Below are positions 11,575 to 21,546 of a DNA stretch of 64,000 bases, piece after piece. The position numbers were made by a program, and so were the translations under genes. How positions within the stretch are numbered: the stretch's first letter is position 1; every line of letters starts with the position of its first letter. Source of the DNA: Sedimentisphaerales bacterium (GTDB lineage Bacteria; Planctomycetota; Phycisphaerae; Sedimentisphaerales; SM23-30); assembly GCA_963663965.2 (NCBI GenBank), contig CAXXFK010000002.1, positions 17,789 to 81,788 of the forward strand, in the 5' to 3' direction. The notes below the pieces were generated by a model. The model saw only the letters and a program-made list of their open reading frames with translations, was not told the DNA's origin and searched no databases.

Positions 11575-12774
11575 TTATTTGTCGTCGAGAATTTCCAGGC
11601 AGGTAAAGGGTTTGCCTTCGAGGAATTCGAGGCTGGCGCCGCCGCCGGTGGAAATGTGGCTCATTTTTTCGCCCAGGCCCATCTGTTCGACAGCTGCGGC
11701 GCTGTCGCCGCCGCCAATAATACTGATGGCGCCATTGTCAGTTGCGTCGGCAATGGCCTGAGCCACGGCACGGGTACCGGCGTCAAAGGGTTCCATTTCA
11801 AAGACACCCATCGGGCCGTTCCAAACGATGGTTTTGGCATCGGTAATCTTGCTGGTGAATAATTTGCGAGTTTCCGGACCGATATCCAATCCCTGCCAGC
11901 CTTCAGCGATATTACCGGAATTGACTTTGTTTTCAGCATTGGCTTTGAATTCCTGCGCGATGACATTGTCGACGGGCAGAACGATTTCGCAACCTTTCGT
12001 TTTGGCAGTAGTTAATAGATTTAAAGCGATGTCCAGTTTGTCGTCTTCACAAATGCTGCCACCGATTTCCAGGCCCTGCGCCTTAAAGAAGGTGTAGGCC
12101 ATTCCGCCACCAATCAGGATCCGATCCACTTTATTGATCAAATTCTCGATTACCAGGATTTTATCGCTGACTTTGGCGCCACCCAGAATCGCAACGAAAG
12201 GACGTTGGGGATTTGAGAGTGCATCGCCTAAATATTTAATTTCTTTTTCAATCAGGAAGCCGCAAACCCGGTTGCCGGCACCCAACGCCGCGGGTACTCC
12301 ATACATAGAAGCATGTTCGCGATGTGCCGTGCCAAAGGCATCATTGACATAGATGTCGGCCAGCTTGGCTAATTGCTCTGAGAATTCCGGAAAGTTTTTG
12401 GTTTCGCCTTTATGGAATCGAACATTTTCCAGCAGGATGACATCGCCATCTTTCATCGCGTTAACCATGCTTTCAACTTCCGGACCCACACAATCGGGAG
12501 CCATTTTCACCGGTTTGCCCAGTAGCTCACCCAGCCGTTTGGCACAAGGAGCCAGAGAGTATTTGGGATCAGGATCACCCTTGGGACGGCCCAGATGTGA
12601 TGCGAGTATCAAGCGGCCCCCCCCTTTGACAGCCGTTTCAATACTAGGAAGGGCCATCTGGATACGACGGTCATTCGTGATGTTGCCGGTATCGTCCAGG
12701 GGTACATTAAAATCAACGCGCATAAAGACGCGTTTGCCCTTAACATCAATATCAGCTATAGTTTTCTTTGCCAT
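11575..12774 (-). CDS. pgk: Phosphoglycerate kinase
   Basis: [40 protein letters not shown]; start reset to MAKKT at 12774. Confidence 0.99.
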   Translation of the reverse strand: MAKKTIADIDVKGKRVFMRVDFNVPLDDTGNITNDRRIQMALPSIETAVKGGGRLILASHLGRPKGDPDPKYSLAPCAKRLGELLGKPVKMAPDCVGPEVESMVNAMKDGDVILLENVRFHKGETKNFPEFSEQLAKLADIYVNDAFGTAHREHASMYGVPAALGAGNRVCGFLIEKEIKYLGDALSNPQRPFVAILGGAKVSDKILVIENLINKVDRILIGGGMAYTFFKAQGLEIGGSICEDDKLDIALNLLTTAKTKGCEIVLPVDNVIAQEFKANAENKVNSGNIAEGWQGLDIGPETRKLFTSKITDAKTIVWNGPMGVFEMEPFDAGTRAVAQAIADATDNGAISIIGGGDSAAAVEQMGLGEKMSHISTGGGASLEFLEGKPFTCLEILDDK

Positions 12775-12926
12775 AAATATATACCTTTCGTAATTGTCCC
12801 GTACAGGCCGGTTCCACGGGAACGGGGCCGATCTATTTATCAGAACAGGGAATCGAAACGGCAAGACAAACGACCGGGAACGCGGCTCTCCCCTGTGATC
12901 TTAACTTGTAAAGCGTTATTCAAGAA

Positions 12927-12954
12927 CGACCCGCAACTTGACAGTTGCGGGTCG
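12927..12954 (-). terminator. Hairpin after gap (terminator or mRNA stabiliser)
   Basis: Perfect 12-bp inverted repeat CGACCCGCAACT/AGTTGCGGGTCG. Confidence 0.6.
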
Positions 12955-12968
12955 CTTGATTCGTTGTT

Positions 12969-14033
<1,065 letters not shown>

Positions 14034-15044
14034 TCATAAAAAGTTAATACTAAATTCAGGCTTATTTCTGAACTCCAAGTCACTTGATAATTAATTTTGG
14101 AGTGCAGTTGCAGCTACTCGCAACGGAATTTTAAGGATAGCGATAATATGCTGGCTGTCAAGTGATTTATGGCCTTCCCGGCTTATCCAAACCCCTGAGA
14201 AAAGTTATCTGAAATAAAGTTAAATTGAAATTTGAAATTCTCTATGCGTTCAATAAATGTAAAAAGGAGAAAAGTAAGATAAAATGTGAATATTGGAAAT
14301 GATTTAATGGCAGTTATGTTTATTGATTGGATTCAATAAGTGAGAATGTTGTATTTTTGGTGAAAAAATGTGTAATTTTGATTGGCATTGCGTAGTATCC
14401 AGGTTTTTCTTTTTAAGTGCTTTATTTTCAGCGGAATAGGAATATTTCTCCTTATTAAGAATGAGTATATTGTTGATGGGCAACTTATAGGAGCTTTCTT
14501 ACTGGTATTTCCAGATCTTCTGAGGATTTTAAGTAAGATTTGAAGAGAGTATAAAAAACCCTGATCGATCGCAATATAAGTAATTGCTCGTAAAAGACTT
14601 AGTTTGCGGACCAGCGGGCATTTTTAATCGTAAACGGTATGAATGACAATTAAAATTGGATCATAATGGTATTACGAATAGTTTATTGCGTCATAACACG
14701 TTGGATATAATAGGATTATGCGATATAAAAGTTATGATGTTTACAGCTTGTAAGGGCTTAAGACGGAATGGGGTAATACCGGAGGATGTAAAAACTGCTG
14801 AATTAGTTAATCTGGGCAATTAAAAGAGCATGTATTTTTTATAATAAGCATCAACATAACAGATAATTACTAGAAAAATTATGCCGAATTTTAGTTATAA
14901 GAGATTTATTTTCAATATCTTAGAGTAAGATAAATCGTGTATTAAGATTGTGGTATTGTTTTGAATTCTAAATCCTGTTATAATTACGAGTTGGTAGTAT
15001 TACCCATTGATAAGATTACACGTTGATAATAATTTTATAATACA

Positions 15045-15719
15045 ATGAAGCAATTGATACTTGTTCGCGCCGGCAGTACTGCCTGGGAAGAAGCTTCTGT
15101 CGATGATGCTGAAGAAAAGAAATCGCCTGATGACAGGCGATTGCAGGGAATTTTGCCTTTACCGTTAAGCGAGTCAGGCAAAGTTGAACTGCGTCGCATC
15201 GCAGAGTTGCTAAAAAAAACTGATGCCACCAGGGTTTATAGCAGCGGTAATGAATCCTCCGGTTCGACCGCTTTATTTTTAACGGAACTTTGTGAATTAA
15301 AGGCTAAAAAGACACCTGCATTACGAGAGCTTGACTTTGGATTATGGCAAGGATTGCGGATAAAAGAAGTGAAGCAACGTTATGCCAGCGCTTATAAACA
15401 GTGGCGATCCGATCCATTCAGTATCTGTCCTCCTGAAGGAGAAACACTGGGGCTTGCCTGGTTGCGAATTGAAGAAGCGCTGATTCAAATTAACAAACGT
15501 AATCGGCAGAAAGTTGTTGCAATTGTTGCGGCCCCGTTTGCGGGTGCGATTCTGGAGTGCCTGGTTACTCAACGCCCGAAAGAAGAATTATGGGCAATTA
15601 TTGATCAGGGGGGTGAGTATGCTGAGTTCGATATTCTGGGGAAATCAGAGTATGGCATTCCACTAGGCCGTCTTATCAAGCGCGATTTGAATGAAACAAC
15701 CGTATCCACCGATAAATAG
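15045..15719 (+). CDS. Histidine phosphatase superfamily protein lacking the catalytic His
   Basis: LILVRAG in place of RHG; LRELDFGLWQG; PPEGET. Confidence 0.75.
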   Translation: MKQLILVRAGSTAWEEASVDDAEEKKSPDDRRLQGILPLPLSESGKVELRRIAELLKKTDATRVYSSGNESSGSTALFLTELCELKAKKTPALRELDFGLWQGLRIKEVKQRYASAYKQWRSDPFSICPPEGETLGLAWLRIEEALIQINKRNRQKVVAIVAAPFAGAILECLVTQRPKEELWAIIDQGGEYAEFDILGKSEYGIPLGRLIKRDLNETTVSTDK

Positions 15720-15770
15720 TCACCAATCTCCTTTATAACCCACTTTATCTAGATCAAATACAACGAAACA

Positions 15771-16613
15771 ATGAGCAAGACAAAACCACTATCCTGGGAT
15801 GGCTTTTCACTTAAGAAAAAGCGTGAGATGCCTGAAGGTCTCTGGCAGAAATGTACTGGCTGCGGAGAAATGATTTTTTCGCGAAGTATCAAAGAAAATA
15901 TGGGGATATGCCCCAAGTGTGATTATCATTATCGTATTAGCGCAAAAACACGGATTGATCAACTCTGTGATGAAGGCAGTTTTGAGGAGATGTTTACCAA
16001 TTACAAACCGGTAGACGCCCTCGAATTCAACGATCAGAAAACCTATTCCGACCGTTTAGAGGCTATGCAGAAAAAGACCGGGCTAAATGATGCCGTAGTG
16101 GCCGGAAAAGGATTTATTAAAGGGCGCCCGGTTATTCTGACCGCATTGGATCCTGACTTTATGATGGGTTCAATGGGATCCGTGGTAGGGGAGAAGGTGG
16201 CTAAATCAGCCGAACTTGCCTGTGAAACCGGGTATCCCTTGATTGTTGTCAGTTGTTCAGGTGGAGCGCGTATGCAGGAAGGAGTTTTGAGTCTGGCGCA
16301 AATGGCCAAGACCAGCGCCGCGATCGGGAAATTGCATGATAACGGAGGGATGTTTATATCGGTTCTTGCCGATCCTACCAGCGGGGGAGTGACCGCCAGT
16401 TTTGCCATGCTGGGTGATTTTATCATTGCCGAGCCGGGGGCATTGATCTGTTTTGCCGGTCCTCGTACGATCTGGCATACCATAAAAGTCGAACTGCCGG
16501 AAGGTTTTCAACGAGCTGAGTTTTTATTGGAACATGGATTTGTGGACCGGATAATTAATCGTAAAGAACTTCGAACGGAAATCGCCCGGATGATTGACTA
16601 TTGCGGCAAATAA
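15771..16613 (+). CDS. accD: Acetyl-CoA carboxylase carboxyltransferase beta subunit
   Basis: LWQKC..C/CPKC zinc finger, GSMGSVVGEK, SGGARMQEG, GGVTASFA, FAGPR. Confidence 0.98.
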   Translation: MSKTKPLSWDGFSLKKKREMPEGLWQKCTGCGEMIFSRSIKENMGICPKCDYHYRISAKTRIDQLCDEGSFEEMFTNYKPVDALEFNDQKTYSDRLEAMQKKTGLNDAVVAGKGFIKGRPVILTALDPDFMMGSMGSVVGEKVAKSAELACETGYPLIVVSCSGGARMQEGVLSLAQMAKTSAAIGKLHDNGGMFISVLADPTSGGVTASFAMLGDFIIAEPGALICFAGPRTIWHTIKVELPEGFQRAEFLLEHGFVDRIINRKELRTEIARMIDYCGK

Positions 16614-16742
16614 TCCACTTGACAAAATAGAAATTTGGATTATTCTTACGTGTCTCGAAATTAATAAAACAAGTTCTTGACTGGACTTGTGAGTTTAACT
16701 TTTTGATAATTAAATAGTTAGATTCAGTTTAAACCTGACGAC

Positions 16743-16817
16743 GGTGAAAGTAGCTCAGTTGGTTAGAGCACCAGGTTGTGGTCCTGGGGGTCGGGGGTTC
16801 GAGTCCCCTCTTTCACC
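16743..16817 (+). tRNA. tRNA-His(GUG) with G-1; CCA not encoded
   Basis: Acceptor stem GTGAAAG/CTTTCAC plus G-1:C73, anticodon arm CCAGG-TTGTGGT-CCTGG, T loop TTCGAGT. Confidence 0.97.
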
Positions 16818-18200
16818 CGTTATATGACGGCAGTTCATGTGATTATGACCTGTCGTTTTTTTATTGCAACTATCTGAATCATAAGGATTTACATTTTTAT
16901 TATCATCTATACTGTTATCGGGTATATTGTCAACGGAATGTCCATTTTTGTCCTGTTTTGTGCGCCCAAAAGGCAAGCTACAGGGCAAGGTATTTTCAGC
17001 CGGTAAAGTGCCGGTCATTTTCATTTGCTGCCGGTCGATAGCATCTTGGAAATCGGGCAATCTTTCCACCGCCGCCCGGTCGTTTCCTTTGAGAACATGA
17101 GTATATTTTTGCATCGTCAGATTGATGTCTGAATGCCGCATAAGTTCCTGTGCCGTCCGGGGGTGTACTCCTGATTCTGCCAGTGCCGTTGCGAAGCCAT
17201 GACGTAATGAATAAAAGACCACGCGTCCCGATCCGTTATCTTTGGTTTCAATGTTAGCTGCTTTGCAATCTTCCTGTAAAACTTCGGACAGCTTTTTTGT
17301 TCGCTGGAATCCAAAGGCTTTTGACTGTGGGAGTTTTCGCCCAAAATGGGCCTTGAGTAATTCCGCTGTCGATTCCCGTAAAGGCAAAACAGCTTTTTTG
17401 CGGTTTTTGGTATTCGTACTGCCAACCTCAACGGTCAAATGCTTAAAATTGAAATCACCAACTTTCAGGCTGTTGAGTTCGCCGGATCGCAAACCCGTTT
17501 CACTGGCAAGCAAATAGAGTACATACCGTTCAGGTCCATCCATGTATAACATTGTCTTATCACTCCGCCTTGTTGCGTCGAGCAGGGCAACCATTTCAGC
17601 TTGCGTTAAGGGCCGGTATTCGTTCTTTTCGTGCTGACTGGTGTCAATATCGCCCACGCCGTTCAAGGGGTTCTGTGACGCTTTTCCTGACTTTATCATC
17701 CAATGACAAAACTGTTTAATTGCGCCCAGATAGTAACTTTGCGTCATGACTGTCATTTCAAGCCCAGCGATATAACTTAAAACCTGGTCGGAATGGATAT
17801 CGCTAAAGAAGGTTGCTTTGATTCCTTCACAGACCGCCTTCGCCCGATCATACTGTCTCTTAATGTGAACCTTGGATTTACCTCGATTTTCCAGTGATGC
17901 CTTAAAGGCATCCAGGAGAACCGTTAGCGATTCACTACCCGTTACGATATGGCTTGAAACCAACCCCGCTTGCGCAATTTTTTCTTTCAACTGCTTCGGG
18001 CATCGTTCCAGCACCGCCGACAGTTCCGGGCCGGGCAGTTCCCGCCTGATCTGGCAAGCGATTAACGCCTCAATCATGTCGCTATACCCCTGCGCAATCT
18101 TCTTGCTGGTGGTCTGTAAAGGCCACCGATACCGCCGCCCATCCGGCATTCTTATATCCACACGCCATGTTTTTGAGCTAGTTAGCTTATATAATCTCAT
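16755..18200 (-). CDS. Tyrosine recombinase/integrase
   Basis: TGLRSGEL, TKNRK, YSLRH, MRHS...TMQKYTH catalytic motifs; probable start MRLYK at 18200 after AAGGA; the frame runs through the tRNA antisense strand. Confidence 0.93.
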   Translation of the reverse strand: MRLYKLTSSKTWRVDIRMPDGRRYRWPLQTTSKKIAQGYSDMIEALIACQIRRELPGPELSAVLERCPKQLKEKIAQAGLVSSHIVTGSESLTVLLDAFKASLENRGKSKVHIKRQYDRAKAVCEGIKATFFSDIHSDQVLSYIAGLEMTVMTQSYYLGAIKQFCHWMIKSGKASQNPLNGVGDIDTSQHEKNEYRPLTQAEMVALLDATRRSDKTMLYMDGPERYVLYLLASETGLRSGELNSLKVGDFNFKHLTVEVGSTNTKNRKKAVLPLRESTAELLKAHFGRKLPQSKAFGFQRTKKLSEVLQEDCKAANIETKDNGSGRVVFYSLRHGFATALAESGVHPRTAQELMRHSDINLTMQKYTHVLKGNDRAAVERLPDFQDAIDRQQMKMTGTLPAENTLPCSLPFGRTKQDKNGHSVDNIPDNSIDDNKNVNPYDSDSCNKKTTGHNHMNCRHITGERGDSNPRPPGPQPGALTN

Positions 18201-18307
18201 CGTTTTATCCTTTCGCAAATGAATCCACATCTATTATAACACTTAAATACAATTAGCGCAAATATTTTCATGTGTGTGATTTAGCTTTCCTTTAATGCCG
18301 TCATCAT

Positions 18308-18362
18308 AATTAGATATAAATTTGACACATATCGGGCAATAATTTGACACAAATTAGACAAT
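18308..18362. repeat. Five head-to-tail 11-bp units (consensus AATTWGACA) upstream of the integrase gene
   Basis: Units start at 18308, 18319, 18330 (degenerate), 18341 and 18352; AATTTGACACA occurs exactly twice. Confidence 0.7.
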
Positions 18363-18365
18363 AAT

Positions 18366-18815
18366 TTACTCCTTATTGGCCTCAAAAAAGTCCACCAATC
18401 GTGTAATTACCTCTCGATCAGACGGATCTATCGCTTTTGGATTTGTAAACAGTTGAGAGATGGCCTTTTGCACTTGTAATGCAGTGGTTTTGATTCCAAA
18501 ACTCTTTAATGTGTCAGTCAGTTCCTGAAACTGGCGATCTGGGCGGCTTTTAATTGGGTTTCTGTCCTGCTTTTTCTGATTGAACAGTACGGGATGTCCC
18601 TGGAAATCTATACCGGTTTGTCGGATCTGTTTACACAGTATGAACTGCTCCAGGGTATAACAGGGGCGGCGGTTATCAATACAGTAGACCGGCGGTGGAA
18701 ATACTCCCTTTGTGAGTAACTGATAAAACCGGGCCCTGGATAGTTGCACCTGGTCTAACACCTCACGAATCGTGTAGAGGTATTTTTTGTCTTCAATTGT
18801 TTTCTTGGGAGCCAT
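18366..18815 (-). CDS. AlpA/Xis-type HTH protein with a RuvA C-terminal-domain-like tail
   Basis: N-terminus TIREVLDQVQLSRARFYQLLTKGVFPPP (AlpA); C-terminus ELTDTLKSFG...VQKAISQL...EVITRLVDFF resembles RuvA domain III. Confidence 0.65.
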   Translation of the reverse strand: MAPKKTIEDKKYLYTIREVLDQVQLSRARFYQLLTKGVFPPPVYCIDNRRPCYTLEQFILCKQIRQTGIDFQGHPVLFNQKKQDRNPIKSRPDRQFQELTDTLKSFGIKTTALQVQKAISQLFTNPKAIDPSDREVITRLVDFFEANKE

Positions 18816-18838
18816 TTTTACGGTATTTATCCAAATAG

Positions 18839-19804
18839 TTACCTGTTATGGTGTGTCATGTGTTTTAAGCCTTTTTCGGTAATGATCCGCAGGTATGATT
18901 TCCCTTTGCTGGCATACCCAGCCCAAATCAAGTAAGGTTCGATGACTTTTTGAATAGTCGAGGTCGGGAGTGATATGCCTGCACTGATTTCTCCCAGGGA
19001 AGCGTAGCCCCGCCGCATAATAATCTGTAGATATTGTCGATCCCTGACATTTAAACCCTGTTCATCAATTTGCAAGTGTTCAAAAGCTTCGCGGACATCT
19101 TCCAGCCAGATGGCCGAGTGATTGTGAACGATGGAAATATCCTTGGCAAGTTGCAGATAATTATTTAATGCCAATCGGGGAGTTCCTTTGGAACGATTCG
19201 CCAACATTTGAAGGACAGTTTTATCGGTGTAATCCCAGCCCAATCCTTTTATTTTTTGCTGAATAATCTGAACGATTTCCTCTGTGGAGTAATAAACCAA
19301 ATCGCAATGTAATCTCATACGATTTCGTAACGGCTCTTTCAAACGATACTCATCAGTCGTCGCCAGAATCATGACAAAATTGGCCAACGAAATAGGATGA
19401 TGCTGACCGGGCAGGTGTAATTTATGTTCTGACAAAGCGGTCAATAGTACATGTTGTGACTTAGTATCTAAAGCATGAGCTTCGTCAATGAATATAACCT
19501 GGTCGTTCGTGGCTTTTATTAAAATTCTGTATAAATCAGCTTTTGTCATGGATTCTCCGTCCTTCATAATGGGATCCAGGCATCCCAATTCCTGGTTAAT
19601 GACTTCAGCCAGCAAAGTTTTTCCTACCCCACTTGGACCGGTTAATAATATCGGTCCGAAGATAGAATTCCCATGGGAGGATCGTTTTTGAAAATAGGCA
19701 TCCAGGTAAGTTCCCAGTAATTTAACCGCTATTCGCTGGCCAATTATTTTTGATAGGCAAGTCACTCGATAATTGGTGACATCATTGTTATTTTTTTCAT
19801 TCAT
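18839..19804 (-). CDS. RuvB-like Holliday junction branch migration AAA+ ATPase (element-encoded paralog)
   Basis: IIGQ, GPSGVGKT, IFIDEAH, LATT, PLRNR, YSTEE, GTPR, IDEQGL...DRQYL, IEPYL, ITEKG, all collinear with RuvB. Confidence 0.9.
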   Translation of the reverse strand: MNEKNNNDVTNYRVTCLSKIIGQRIAVKLLGTYLDAYFQKRSSHGNSIFGPILLTGPSGVGKTLLAEVINQELGCLDPIMKDGESMTKADLYRILIKATNDQVIFIDEAHALDTKSQHVLLTALSEHKLHLPGQHHPISLANFVMILATTDEYRLKEPLRNRMRLHCDLVYYSTEEIVQIIQQKIKGLGWDYTDKTVLQMLANRSKGTPRLALNNYLQLAKDISIVHNHSAIWLEDVREAFEHLQIDEQGLNVRDRQYLQIIMRRGYASLGEISAGISLPTSTIQKVIEPYLIWAGYASKGKSYLRIITEKGLKHMTHHNR

Positions 19805-19926
19805 GGTTTTACTGATATCCGGTTTTTTCTTTATTTCTTTTGCACTGTATGATTCAATCGTTAAGGGCGTTATTGATTACTGAATAAATAAATCATGAGG
19901 AATTCATGGAAAGTACATAAATGACA

Positions 19927-20229
19927 TTATGGCCTTTGTTTTTTGATCAGCTCCCACTTATCGCCGGTGGGACAACCGGCGGTAATCCACTGTTTCAGCT
20001 CCATTACTGACCAGAGCAGCCGTTTGCCGAACCGAATCGGGCGTGGCAACTGGCCCCGGTTCATTAATTCATAGAAAAGAGTGCGGGAGATCCCTAAACA
20101 ATGAGCAGCGTCCGTGGCACTGAGAAGGAGCTGGTTACCACTGGTCAGTTCAGTCAGCTTGGTTAATCGCTCCATGACCTGGTGGATTTTTACCAGCATA
20201 GCTCTGATTTCATCTTGTTGGTCGGTCAT
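19927..20229 (-). CDS. AlpA family HTH/excisionase
   Basis: LLSATDAAHCLGISRTLFYELMNRGQLPRPIRFGKRLLW...ELKQWI. Confidence 0.88.
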   Translation of the reverse strand: MTDQQDEIRAMLVKIHQVMERLTKLTELTSGNQLLLSATDAAHCLGISRTLFYELMNRGQLPRPIRFGKRLLWSVMELKQWITAGCPTGDKWELIKKQRP

Positions 20230-20273
20230 CGTTATAGTCTCTGCTACAGGATTCCATCTTTGGGGACAGTTTA

Positions 20274-21218
20274 TTACGCAAGCCAGATAACGCCGGCGTC
20301 ATCCGCCTCAATGGCGGCACGGTCTTCGGCCAAGAGCCGGGAAGGGTAGAGTAAAAACCTCAATTGATTGATATCGTAATGCCTTCGAATACTGGTTTGG
20401 ATATTTTTAACCAGATTCCGGACATAGTGTGACCATCTGGCCTGTTGCCGGATATGAGCGATCTGGGCGGCATTTTCGTCAAATCCGTGGTCCTCCAAGG
20501 CCTGCTGAGTCAGTTTAAGGCCCGGGCCCCGGCTATTGACCGCTTCGGCGAAAATTTCTTCCACGCCGCATTGAACCAGGGTCCTGACCAGTTCATCGAT
20601 TTGGTCAGGGGCATCGGCAATGCCAGGTAAAAGAGGGCATAGAATGGCATAGGTCCGCAAGCCCAGTTGATAAGCCTGTTGCATCGCAGCCAAGCGTTCT
20701 GTTATCGGCGATGCCTGGGGTTCGATACAACGGATCAGGGCTTCCTGATTGGGAGTGGCGGTAAGACTTAATCCCAGCAGGATGCGGTTCGAATAGGTTT
20801 GTATCAGATCAAAATCTTCCTGGACTGAGGCATTTTTCGTCAGGATGCGTACCGTCCACCCTGGTTCTGCTAAGATGCCTGCCAAACATTGACGGCCTAA
20901 GCGGTATGAGTGGGCGGCCGGGCTCCAGGCGTCGGTAATCGTACAAAGCTGAATCAGGCCGCGTTGCCGTTTGTGTCGGGCATCATGGGCGACCCGTATC
21001 GGGGTTTCGGGATCAATAATGGCATAATCGCTTTTGAATGGATTCAAACCTAAATGATGGAACGATTCATGCATGCGCATCATGGAACCGGTTGAGCAGT
21101 AGGTACATCCATGATCACATTTAGTGCCACAATTAACGGCAAAATCCGCCAGTTTCTTTTCCGCAAACGCTGGAGATCGATTGATGCCGGATTTACCGGT
21201 CCAGATATATTGGTTCAT
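20274..21218 (-). CDS. Radical SAM protein, spore photoproduct lyase-like family
   Basis: CDHGCTYC, TDAW, ILTK, IEPQASPITERL, PLLPGI. Confidence 0.8.
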   Translation of the reverse strand: MNQYIWTGKSGINRSPAFAEKKLADFAVNCGTKCDHGCTYCSTGSMMRMHESFHHLGLNPFKSDYAIIDPETPIRVAHDARHKRQRGLIQLCTITDAWSPAAHSYRLGRQCLAGILAEPGWTVRILTKNASVQEDFDLIQTYSNRILLGLSLTATPNQEALIRCIEPQASPITERLAAMQQAYQLGLRTYAILCPLLPGIADAPDQIDELVRTLVQCGVEEIFAEAVNSRGPGLKLTQQALEDHGFDENAAQIAHIRQQARWSHYVRNLVKNIQTSIRRHYDINQLRFLLYPSRLLAEDRAAIEADDAGVIWLA

Positions 21219-21257
21219 GATATGCTCCTTAAAATGAGTTGAATTGGATTAATTGGT

Positions 21258-21518
21258 TTATGGATTACACGGATCAGATTTCTTCAGTTGAGTCTTATTG
21301 AGGCGTAGATCCCAATATATTTTTTGGGTAAGAGATGAAATCTTGAGTAAATCCTCAATGAGAAAGGATTGAGTCTGCTTCCATTCCCCATTCTTATTAT
21401 AATTTTTTTCAATTTTCACTTTGTGGAAATTCACCAAACGACCGTTCATTGGTTTGGTTGATAGCCAAACAGAGACGCAGATGGCACCGTCTCGGTATGA
21501 TATTAGAGGTTTAGACAT
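21258..21518 (-). CDS. Small hypothetical protein, possibly ssDNA-binding
   Basis: GAICVSVW...KNYNKNGEWKQTQSF...DL pattern seen in small mobile-element proteins; function inferred. Confidence 0.55.
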   Translation of the reverse strand: MSKPLISYRDGAICVSVWLSTKPMNGRLVNFHKVKIEKNYNKNGEWKQTQSFLIEDLLKISSLTQKIYWDLRLNKTQLKKSDPCNP

Positions 21519-21546
21519 AATTTAGCTCCTTATTATGAGAAAAATA

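Noticed and set aside
12775..12864. 30-aa N-terminal extension of pgk
   Set aside because: RBS AAGGT precedes MAKKT, the typical Pgk start
16795..16820. attR duplicate of the tRNA-His 3' end
   Set aside because: No second copy found by eye in the window, so the right boundary is not assigned
18839..19804. Calling this the housekeeping ruvB
   Set aside because: It lies inside the element, lacks ruvA/ruvC neighbours and has a divergent hairpin, so no gene symbol was given
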